From Chiloscyllium plagiosum (lineage: Eukaryota), in the NCBI RefSeq assembly GCF_004010195.1, contig NC_057719.1:320921-355686 (forward strand): a DNA stretch of 34,766 nt. The letters are read 5' to 3'. Shown here piece by piece: positions 1-9,649 of the stretch. Below the pieces are notes generated by a model. It saw nothing but the letters and a program-made list of their open reading frames with translations. It had not been told where the DNA came from and ran no database searches. A program made the position numbers and the translations under genes. Every line of letters starts with the position of its first letter. Within the stretch, counting starts at the first letter, position 1.

Positions 1-835
1 GGTAGACCATTTAGGACAGAGATGAGGAAAAACTTCTTCACCCGGAGAGTGGTGGCTGTGTGGAATGCTCTGCCCCAGAAGGCAGTGGAGGCCCAGTCTC
101 TGGATTCGTTTAAGAAAGAGTTGGTAGAGCTCTCAAAGATAGTGGAATCAAAGGTTATAGAAATAAGGCAGGAACAGGATACTGATTGAGGATGATCAGC
201 CATGATCATAATGAATGGTGGTGCACGCTCAAAGGGAAGAATGGCCTACTCCTGCACCTATTCTCTATTGAAAGTGGAGTCGCAGGTAGGTAGGATAGTG
301 AAGCGGCGTTTGGTCTGCTTTCCTTTATTGGTCAGAGTATTGAGTATAGGAGTTGGGAGGTCATGTTGCAGCCGTACAGGACATTGGTTAGGCCACTGTT
401 GGAATATTGCGTGCAATTCTGGTCTCCTTCCAATCGGAAAGATGTTGTGAAATTTGAAAGGGTTCAGAAAAGATATACAAGATGTTGCCAGGGTTGGAGG
501 ATTTGAGCTATAGGGAGAGGCTGAACAGGCTGGGGCTGTTGTCCCTGATACGCCGAAGGCTGAGGAATGACCTCATAGAGGAGAATGGAATCATGAAGGA
601 CATGGATAGGGTAAATAGAAAAAGTGTTTTCCCTGGCATGGGGGAGTCAAAACTAGAGTGCATAGGGTTCGGGTGAGAGGGAAAAGATATAAAAGAGACC
701 TAAGGGGCAACATTTTCACGCAGAAGGTGGTACGTGTATGGAATGAGCTGCCAGAGGAAGTGGTGGTAATTAGCTTAATTTAGGATATCTGGTCGGCGTG
801 GACAAGATGGACCAAATAGTCTGTTTCTATGACTA
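1..835 (+). mobile_element. Two adjacent CR1-type LINE 3' fragments
   Basis: Decayed ORF2 C-terminus (MLPGLEDLSYRERLNRLGL...; FFTxRVVxVWNxLP motif) and CR1-like 3' UTRs. Confidence 0.85.
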
Positions 836-839
836 TATG

Positions 840-2065
840 TACTGCTAAGGCTATATAAGACTCTGGTCAGATTGTATTTGGAATATTGAGAGCAGTTTTG
901 GGATCCATACGTAAGGAAGGATGTGCTGACATTGGAAGAGTTTAGAGGCCGTTCACACGAATGATCCTGGGGCTGCAGGGCTTGACATGAGGAGCAGTTG
1001 AGGACTCTGGGTCTACTCAGCAGAGTTTAGAAGGATGAAGAAGAACTCATTGAAACTTACAGAATACTGAGAGGCCTGAGTATGGTGGGTGTAGACAGGA
1101 TGTTTCCACTTGAAGGAGAGACTAGGATTGGAAGGCACAACTTCAGAGTGAAGGGACAACCCTTTAGAACTGAGCTCAGGAGGAATTTCTTCAGGAGAAA
1201 CAATGGAACTCATTGCCACAGAAGGCTATGGAGGCCAAGTCATTGAGTGTATTTAAGACAGAGGTAGGTAGGTCCTTGATTTGTTTAGATTCATTTGGGA
1301 CATGGGCATCGCTGGCTGTCCAGCATTAATGCACATCCTTTGTTGCTGTTACAAAGGTGATGGTGAGCTGTCTTTTTGAACCTCTGCAGTCCACCTGCTG
1401 TAGGTTGACCCACAATGCCATTGGCAGGGAATTCCAGAAATTAGTATGGGGATCAAGAGTTAAAGGGTGAAGGTGGAATAATGGTATTGGGAAACATATC
1501 AGCTATGGTGGAATGGCAGAGCAGACTCGATGGGCCAATTGGACTAATTTTGTACTATATCTTATGGCCTTACAGTGGAGCTGTTGAGAACACTGGTTAA
1601 GTCATATCTGGAGTTGTATGTACAGTTCTGGTCAATGCACAATAGGAAGGATGTGATCGTACCCCCTCCAGTGCAGAGGAGGTTCGCTAGGATGTTGCCT
1701 GAGATGGAGCAATTCAGTGATGAAGAGAGGCTGGATAAGCGTGAGCTGTTTTCTTTGGAGCAGACAAGGTTCAAGGGGGTCCTTTATGCAGGTGTATAAG
1801 ATTAAGGGACATGGCTGTGGTGGATAGACTCCAGCTGTTACCCTTAGTTGAAGAGTGAATAACATGGGGGTGGGAGGTGGCACAGAGGGGCCACTTGTGG
1901 CACACTGATAGTGTTCCTCCCTCTGAAACAGGAGGCCTAGGTTCATGTCCCACCTGCTTCAGGGTATAACATAACATCTCTGAACAGGTTGATAAAAAGT
2001 ATCTAACAAGGGGGATATAATTTTAAGGTGAAAGGAAGGAGATTTAGAGGGAATTTGAGGAAAGA
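840..2065 (+). mobile_element. Degenerate CR1-type LINE 3' fragments with small nested SINE/LINE pieces (about 1285-1440, about 1870-2010)
   Basis: LVKSYLELYVQFWS...VQRRFARMLPEMEQFSDEERLDK; frameshifts and stops throughout. Confidence 0.75.
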
Positions 2066-4470
2066 TGACCACAACATCCTAGAGTTACAAATTCAGATTG
2101 AAAGAGTGAAGACAGAATCCCATCCAAGAGTTTTAGTGTTGGGCAAAGGAAATTGTGTAGGCCTGAGGAAGGAGTTGGCCCAGGTGTACTGGACAAAATT
2201 ATTAAAGGGCAAATATTAAATATTGAAGAACAGTGGCAAATGCTCAGGGAGATGCAAATACCTCTGAATTAACAAATATTCTTGAGAGGAAGAGAAATGG
2301 TAAAAAGGTGAAAAACATGCATGGCTTAACAAGGAAGTCAAGGACAACATAACGGCAAAAACTGGGCATATCTTACTGCAAATGTTAGTGGCACTCTGGA
2401 GGATTGGAAGAACTTTAAACGTCAGCAAAGGGTTACTAAACGTGGCATCAAAAGAGCTAAGATGAAAGGAAGCTAGTGGAAAATATAAACACTGATACTA
2501 AAAGTTTCTATAAGTATATAAAAAGGAACAGAATAATGAAAATAAATGTTAGCCCTTTAGAGGATGGAAATTGAGATAATAATGGGATACCCAGAAATGG
2601 CAGAGGTACGAAACCAATATTTTGGCTCTGATTTCACAGTTGAAGATAATAATGTTTTCCCAAAATCTGCAGTTACTACAGAGGAACTTGGTGAAATTAC
2701 TATAACTAAGGGAGAAGGTGTTAAGTGAACTGATGGGTTTAAAGGCAGATAAGTCCATGGGGCCTGATGGCCTGCACCCTAGGGTATTAAAGGAGGTGGA
2801 TGCAGAAGCTATGATATTCCAAAATTCCCTTGATTCTTGAAAGCTACCAGTGAATTGGAAACCTGCTAATGTGACAGCTTGGATTGAGGATTGCCTGACC
2901 GACAGAATAGAGGGTCAAGATGGTGAACTGTAATGTGTGGGGTGCCAAAAGGTTCACTTCTCAGCCCTCAACTAATAAAATCGATATAAATGATCTACAA
3001 GCAGGGACAGAGTGTAACATAGCAAAATTTGTGGGTGATACTGAAATAAGTGGGAAAACAAGTTGTGTCAAAGAAATAAGAGTTTATTGCTGGATATTAT
3101 TAGGTGAGGAGAATGGCCAGAGTCTGCAGATGGAGCTTAATGTGGAAAAGTGCCAGGTTTTCCATATTATTTAAATGGGAAGCAGATTCAAGATATGTCA
3201 GTGCAGAAGGATCTGGGCATCTTTGTGTTGCCATAGTCTTACCAGACCATAGGGGCTGCTCTCTTCTTCGAGAAAAGTGAGTGGTGGTGATTTAACCTGA
3301 GGGCCACCAAACCCCAGGCAAGAGGTTGAGAAGGAGAGTCATAGAGATGTACAGCACGGAAACAGACCCTTCGGTCCAACCCGTCCATGCCGACCAGATA
3401 TCCCAACACAATCTAGCCCCACCTGCCAGCACCCAGCCCATATCCCTCCAAACCCTTCCTATTCATATACCCATCCAAATGCCTCTTAAATGTTGCAATT
3501 GTACCAGCCTCCACCACATCCTTCATTGTAACCTCAAAATGGTGGTGGGAATTGAATCAATTTGTGTATGAATCGCTGAAAGTAGGCATGCAGGTGCCGC
3601 ATATAATAAAAAAGAGGCAGATAGAATTGTGAGATTTATTGCAAAACCACTGGACCATAAAAGTAAAGAACTGTCGTTGGTGAGACCATACCGGAATATT
3701 GTGTCCAGTTTTGGTATTGTTACTTGAGGAAAGGTGTGGTGGCACAGGAGGCAGGTCAGGGGAGGTTCACTGGGTCCAGCAATGAAAGGAGCTGTCATAC
3801 AAGGTGAGCTTGAATGCTTTGGGCTTGTATTCGCTGGAGTTCAGAAAATTATGGGGGGAATCTGATTGCGGTGTATAAGATACTAAAGGGGATTGATGAG
3901 GTCAGCGGTGAACAGGTGTTCCCCTTATGGGACTCTCTCAAATAAGAGGGCATAGATATAGAATGAGAAGAGGGAGGTTCAAAACTGAGATGAGGAGAAA
4001 CACCTTCTCTCAGAGGATTGTGAATCTGTGGAATTCACTTTTAGGGTGTAGAGGAGGCAGAATCAATCAATCAATAGATTCAAGAAAGAAATAGATATGT
4101 TTCTGTTGAAATACAGGTATAGGTCTATGGGGAGCAGGAAGGAACTGCAATAGAGACCAGGATATGATCAGCCATACTCACTAAGTGGTAAAGTGGGCTT
4201 GAAGGGCTGAATTTGCCTACTCCTGTTCCTAATTCCTATGACTGTTTTTTTCACTGAAGGCTGTGGACCTCTGGAGTTGCCTCTGAGGGTAGTTGAGGTG
4301 GGAAACCTCACTACTTTTGAAAAGTACTTAAATGAGCACTTGAAACAATATAACATTCATGGCAATGGGCCTATGTGGGAAAGTGGCACTAGTGCAGATT
4401 TTTTGTAATTTTGCTGGTTCAGACTGGATGGGCTGAAGGGCCTCTTCTGTATTGTTTGATTCTATGATCA
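2066..4470 (+). mobile_element. Old CR1-type LINE ORF2 remnant (endonuclease end, RT, 3' UTR) with nested inserts
   Basis: DHNILE; KSMGPDGLHPRVLKE; INDLQ...IAKFVGDT (FADDT-like); 3' UTR-like end. Confidence 0.8.
3338..3522 (-). mobile_element. CR1-type LINE 3' end nested in an older LINE
   Basis: catagagatgtacagcacggaaacagaccct..., closely similar to 28210-28390. Confidence 0.8.
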
Positions 4471-4934
4471 GTTCCTTCCACTATTGATGCTCACTAGCGG
4501 CAGTGTATACCATCTGGAAGATGCACTGCAGAAGCTTGCCAAAGATCCTTAGACACACCTTTGGAACCCATCTCAATTTCCATCGCGAAGGACAAAGATA
4601 CATGGGAACACCACCCCCTACAAGTTCCCTTGAAAACCATCTTGACTTGGAAATATATTGCTGTTTCTTCAGTGTTGCTAGGTCAAAATCCTGGAATTCT
4701 CTCCCTAAGGGAATTGTGGGTCTGACTGCAGTGGCAGCTCACCACCACCACCACCTCAAGTGTGATAAAAGATGAGCAACAAATGCTGTCTCAGCTGGTA
4801 ACATACCATATGTATAAAAAAATTAAAGTGCTCTATCATTGCAAATTCTTGTTATAACGTGGGAAATGCAGAACAGTTTGAGTGATGTTGTTTGGTAACT
4901 GTGTATTAGACAGTGTATTCTACTTTGGAATAGT

Positions 4935-5125
4935 TCCTTTTACATTCACCTGAGTAGGCATGCAGAGCATAGTTTAATATTTCATCTGGAAAGTGGCATC
5001 TATTACATTGTAGCACACCTTCAGAACTCCCTGGTAATATCAGTTTGGATTCTGTGAACAAGTGCCTAGAGATGAACTTCAACTCATAACCTCTGTATCA
5101 GAGATGAGCACCACAGTTGACCATG
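4935..5125 (-). mobile_element. Degenerate Deu-domain-like SINE fragment
   Basis: Resembles recalled AmnSINE/SacSINE-type sequence and is related to 33670-34040. Confidence 0.45.
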
Positions 5126-5215
5126 ATGTAAGATGTAGAGGAGGCTAGATGAATGCGGATATGTTTAGCTGAATCTGCTTGGTTTAATCTTGTGACACAT
5201 CCTGTTCTGTTCCAG

Positions 5216-5265
5216 GTGACAATGGCTGATCTGTGTCTGGTCCCACAAGTGTATAATGCTGTAAG
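5216..5265 (+). CDS. GSTZ1: GSTZ1 (glutathione S-transferase zeta 1 / maleylacetoacetate isomerase), penultimate coding exon
   Basis: ttctgttccag|GTG...GTAAG|gtaag. This 50-nt exon encodes VTMADLCLVPQVYNAV(R), matching the GSTZ1 motif VTMADLCLVPQVANAER. Confidence 0.95.
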
Positions 5266-5876
5266 GTAAGGTTTTGTGCAGCATGGCTGTCAGATCTCTG
5301 TGGAAGTTGCAACTTAGTCTAGTATTTAAATAAAAAGTCATTGAACTAACCGACCCACAAAGAACATTTGACAAAAATTATAGACTTCACCACGGCCCAA
5401 AAATCTCTAACTGTTATATACTTAAAACCCATTTCAGATTTTCACTCTGTGCTAAATGCTGAGAGTATTTCAGCAGTGGTGAGCACTTCTGTTGTTTGTG
5501 TGTAATCTCTCTCCTCTTTCTCCCCACCCTGTCAACAATAGATATTTTCTAATCGACCTGTTCAAAGATGTTATCATATATCTAATATGGAAATGAGACA
5601 AACACATAGAAAAGGCCCGTAAAAGAAAGAAAGGTTTCAGTAGATTTTAACATGACAGATTCAAAAGGAGATTACCACATGTCAGAAAGGTACTTCAGTA
5701 TTTTGTGTTATTCTTTGGCACAAAATGTTCGAGAACAGGAAGACTGGGTACAGTAACTTTATTCTGGAATGAATTCATGCGATTGGATCATTCTGGTAAG
5801 GCCAATATTGATTGTCCTCGTTTAGCTTACTTGGCCCATTTTAGGGGGCACTTAAGAGTTAACCATATTTCTATGG

Positions 5877-6336
5877 ACAAAGTTAAAAATCATACAACAC
5901 CAGGTTATAGTCCAACAGGTTTACTTGGAAGTGCAAGCTTTCAGTGCTTGCAAGTGCTCCTTTATCAGGTAGCTAGTGGGGCAGGGTCATAGGATGCAGA
6001 ATTTGTAGTAAAAGATCATAGCGTCATGCAACTGATGCGATGTATTGAATGAAATTAGATTTGCTGTTAAGTCTTTAATCAGGAATGTGACTTTGAAAGA
6101 AGTTCTGAGATTTACACGTTAATAAGTTGAAACCTCCATCCCCATTCTAAGTGATTAGAAGCACTCCGAAAGCTTTTACTTCCAAATAAACCTTTTGGGC
6201 TATAAACCTGGTGTTGTGTGATTTTTAACTTTGTACACCCTAGTCCAACACCGGCATCTCTAAATCAGGACTATAACCTGGTGTTGTGTGATTTTTAACT
6301 TTGTACACCCTAGTCCAACACCGGCATCTCTAAATC
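5877..6336. mobile_element. Penelope-like element remnant with inverted termini and a 70-bp duplicated tail, in the last GSTZ1 intron
   Basis: acaaagttaaaaatcatacaacaccaggttatagtcc (5877) is inverted at about 6197-6234. The tail repeats with period 70 to 6336. The insertion splits a SINE. Confidence 0.65.
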
Positions 6337-6683
6337 CAGCCATCTTGATTCGATCAGATCCCACCATCAGCCACATTAATACTTGAACCCATGTTCCCAG
6401 AGCATTAACCAGGACATCTGGATTACTAGTGTCATAGCACTCATGGACTATCTCCCCTAGAGATTCATCCAAATAGATTCTGATCAACACAAAAGACAAG
6501 TAGCTGCAGAGATGAAGTTTTTAGAAAATACAAAAAGGAACAAAAGTGACTCTAAAAGATCATTCCGGAAATTAGAAACTCGCTGGCAATAAATCTTCAC
6601 AATGAGTTCCTGTCCCATTTCTCTAATCAGTGCTGAGGCTGTGGTTCACTTGGTCACTTTAAGGTTTATCCTCTCACCCACAG

Positions 6684-6804
6684 GTTCAAAGTGGGCCTCA
6701 CACAGTTTCCCACCATTGTAAAGATCAACAATGCCCTTCTGGAACTAGATGCCTTCAAAGTCAGTCATCCATCTTGCCAGCCTGATGCACCTCCTCAATC
6801 CTGA
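6684..6804 (+). CDS. GSTZ1: GSTZ1 last coding exon
   Basis: ctctcacccacag|G acceptor, phase-compatible with the previous exon. Encodes (R)[39 protein letters not shown], matching the GSTZ1 C-terminus (FKVDLTPYPTI...AFQVSHPCRQPDTP). Confidence 0.95.
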
Positions 6805-6917
6805 CCCCCAATCAGCAAGGGCAACATCAGATCAAACAGCTCCTGGTGAAACAAGAGAACTTCTCCCATCAATTGCTGGTTTGATAGAACGAGCTCCTTG
6901 GACTTTCAAAATGATTA

Positions 6918-6923
6918 ATTAAA
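6918..6923 (+). promoter_or_regulatory. Candidate poly(A) signal (ATTAAA) for GSTZ1
   Basis: ATTAAA about 115 nt after the stop codon, followed by T/GT-rich sequence. Confidence 0.4.
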
Positions 6924-7626
6924 AATTATTTTTGTTGAAGTATTTACTGTTCTCTTTTCTGATTCTTTGCCAAACAAACTTACAAAGTGTGAGGGTGGAA
7001 ACATTTTTTTTGGTAATGTTTTTGTTAATTCAACAGCTGTAAATCACTGTCAACTGTCACATTGTATTTGTAATCATGCCACTTGATGGCTCTGTGGAGC
7101 GAGTTTCCCTCCCACATTGTCACCATCTTATGTTGTTCACATGCTTTTGATTTATTGTCTGATTCCATCAATAAGGGAGAAAGAAGTAATTTTGTAATTT
7201 TTTTTGTCCCTCAAAGTAAACCTTGAAAAACAATTACTGGAACCTGAGCTCATTTCAGGGAGTTAAACAGCAGCTTTAAGGAAAGCAAAAATATTCACAT
7301 AGAAGCATTGAAAAAAAAGTAGACCATTCATCCCTTCAGGCCTGCTCTGCCATTTGATGTGATCGTGACTGAAAGAACATGACAACACGTACAGGCCCTT
7401 CAGCCTTCAATGTGCCAAGCTGTGAAACCAATCTGAAGTCCATCTAACCTTCGTTATTCCATTATCATCCAAATGTTTATCCAATGACCGTTTAAATCAC
7501 CTTAAAGTTGGCGATCATCCAGTGATCTGTACCCTGTTCCTCCTTTCTCCCCATATACTTTGATCCCTTTATCCCTAAAAACTATATCCAACTCCTTCCT
7601 GAAAAGATTTACTGACTTGGCCTCAT

Positions 7627-8066
7627 CTTTCTCCTCAAAGATTTCAACCTACTGCGAATCCTCTTACAAGGATGCCTTCCTTGAAGAAGCTCTCTTTCTC
7701 CTCAAAGATTTCAACCTACTGCGAATCCTCTTACAAGGATGCCTTCCTTGAAGAAGCTCTCTTTCTCCCACTTTCTCCTCAAAGATTTCAACCTACTGCG
7801 AATCCTCTTACAAGGATGCCTTCCTTGAAGAAGCTCTCTTTCTCCCATCTGCAGACCTCACTTTCTCCTCAAAGATTTCAACCTACTGCGAATCCTCTTA
7901 CAAGGATGCCTTCCTTGAAGAAGCTCTCTTTCTCCCCTTCCTGAAGAAGGGCTAATGCCCGAAACGTCGATTCTCCTGTTCCCTAGATGCTGCCTGACCT
8001 GCTGCGCTTTTCCAGCAACACATTTCCATCTCTGATCTCCAGCATCTGCAGACCTCACTTTCTCCT
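7627..8066 (+). repeat. Penelope-derived tandem array: four units with a core of about 67 bp plus a terminal pLTR-like segment
   Basis: Core units start at 7627, 7694, 7771 and 7861. Flanked by an 11-bp direct repeat cctcatctttc (7621-7631 and 8064-8074). Confidence 0.85.
7938..7972 (+). ncRNA. Minimal hammerhead ribozyme-like motif (Penelope pLTR type)
   Basis: CTGAAGA-A-GGGC-TAAT-GCCC-GAAA-C-GTC: intact CUGANGA/GAAA core, stem II and GUC triplet. Stem I is weak. Confidence 0.55.
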
Positions 8067-8261
8067 CATCTTTCAGTGGCAGACAGTTCCAGAAGCTCAC
8101 CACTCTCTGGGTGAAGGCATTTCTCCTCCTCTCCATCCTAAGGGATCTGCCCCAGTTCCTTAGACAGTGAACCCTGTTTCTGTTTCCTCACCAGGACCAT
8201 CCTGGTTTACCCCGGGGAAGCAACAACCTGGTGGTATTACTACTGGACTATTAATTCAGAG

Positions 8262-8395
8262 GGGAGAAAGTGAGGGCTGCAGATGCTGGAGATCAGAGTC
8301 GAGAGTGTGATGCTAGAAAAGCACAGTGGGTCAGGCAGCAAGCAAGGAGCAAGAGCATTGACATTTCAGGCATAAGCCCTTCATTAGGAATGAGG
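8262..8395 (-). mobile_element. Penelope pLTR-like fragment with decayed hammerhead core
   Basis: Reverse-complement homolog of 7940-8066 (rc: ctaatgaagggcttatgcctgaaatgtc). Confidence 0.65.
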
Positions 8396-8699
8396 CTCGT
8401 GGGCCAGAGTTGGGGGCGATGAGGCTTGTGGGCCTGAACAAGCTGTTCGGCCCTCTATGGGTTCACAGATTGGTGCAACAATCTGAAGCTCATCTAACCT
8501 ACACTATTCCATTATCATCCATATGTTTATCCAATGACCATTTAAATGTTCTTAAAGTTGGTGAGTTTACTACTACTACTGTTGTAGGCAGGGCATTCCA
8601 TACCCTTACCTCGTAAGTCAGCGGCCTCCATTTTTTGTAGCAAGAACAAGGACCAAGGGGCTGCTGGGAAAGTAAATTAATCCTATACAAGGTTTACCT

Positions 8700-9560
8700 C
8701 CTGTATAGGTGGAGCACACGCTGAGCAGGAGTGGACATGGGACTGCTGAGTAAGTGAGACTTTAGATTTGGGAGTTGCTTTACTCTAAATACTACTCGGG
8801 TAGTGTCTCCTGCCCATCCTCCTCCTCTAACCGAAAAAAAGATTCCAAGTGCGGATTTGGGTAAGGTAACTTTTTTCCCCCCAGGAGTCTCTTTGGGAAT
8901 TCAGAACACTGGGAGAGCAGTTGAATGTTCCTCCTGTAGAATGTGGGAGGCAATGGTCCCTGCTGACTTCATCTGCAAGAAACGCACCCAACTCCAGCTC
9001 CTTGGAAGTCACGTTAGGGAACTGGAGGTGGATGAACTGCAGATCATTCTGGAAGCTGAGGGGTAATTGAGAGGAGTTAAAGGGAGATAGTCACACCTCA
9101 GGTACAGGAAGAAGGTAGGTGGGTTACAGTGCAGGGACGGAAACAGGATAGGTATATACACCACAGGGCAAAAGTTATAGCTGAGGGAAAGACAATAAGG
9201 CAAGATTCGGGATACATTCAGGAAACTGCAGGGGATGATCACAATTGAAATGTGGAGTTGTTCAAGGAACGGCTATTGCGTGGCCTTGATAAGTACGTAC
9301 CTGTCAGGCAGGGAGCAAGTGGTCAAGCAAGTGAACTGTGGTTTACGAAAGAATTTGAATCTCTTCTCAAGAGGAAGGAGGAGGCTCATGTTAGAATGAA
9401 CGTGAAGGCTCAGTTAGGGCCCTTGAGATGCCAGGGAGGACCTAAAGAGAGAGCTAAGAAGAGCCAGGAGGGGACATGAGAAGTCTTCGACAGGTAGGAT
9501 CAAGGAAAACCCTAAAGCTTTCTATTGGTCTGTCAGGAATAAAAGAATGACGAGTAAGAT
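8700..9560 (+). mobile_element. CR1-type LINE 5' part (ORF1 Cys-motif/leucine-zipper region joined by deletion to an ORF2 piece)
   Basis: AVECSSCRMWE...ICKKRTQLQLL...VRELEVDELQII, then ELFKERLLRGLDKYVPVRQG...WFTKE. Confidence 0.75.
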
Positions 9561-9649
9561 TAGGATCAAAGAGTGTGGTTCTGGAAAAGCACAGCTGGTC
9601 AGGCAGCATCCGAGGAGCAGGAGAATTGAGCATAAGCTGTTTGTCAGGA

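Larger units (their letters stand above)
7300..8200 (-). mobile_element. CR1-type LINE 3' ends (nested), interrupted by a Penelope-derived array
   Basis: Minus-strand RRNAFTQRVVSFWNCLP motif and CR1-like tails. Confidence 0.7.

Noticed and set aside
1..5200. Earlier GSTZ1 exons
   Set aside because: No GSTZ1-like coding segment was found; the region is essentially LINE/SINE sequence, so upstream exons probably lie before the window.
7627..7935. CRISPR-like repeat array
   Set aside because: Units are contiguous with no unique spacers, there are no cas genes, and the sequence matches a dispersed retroelement family (for example about 20870-20940).
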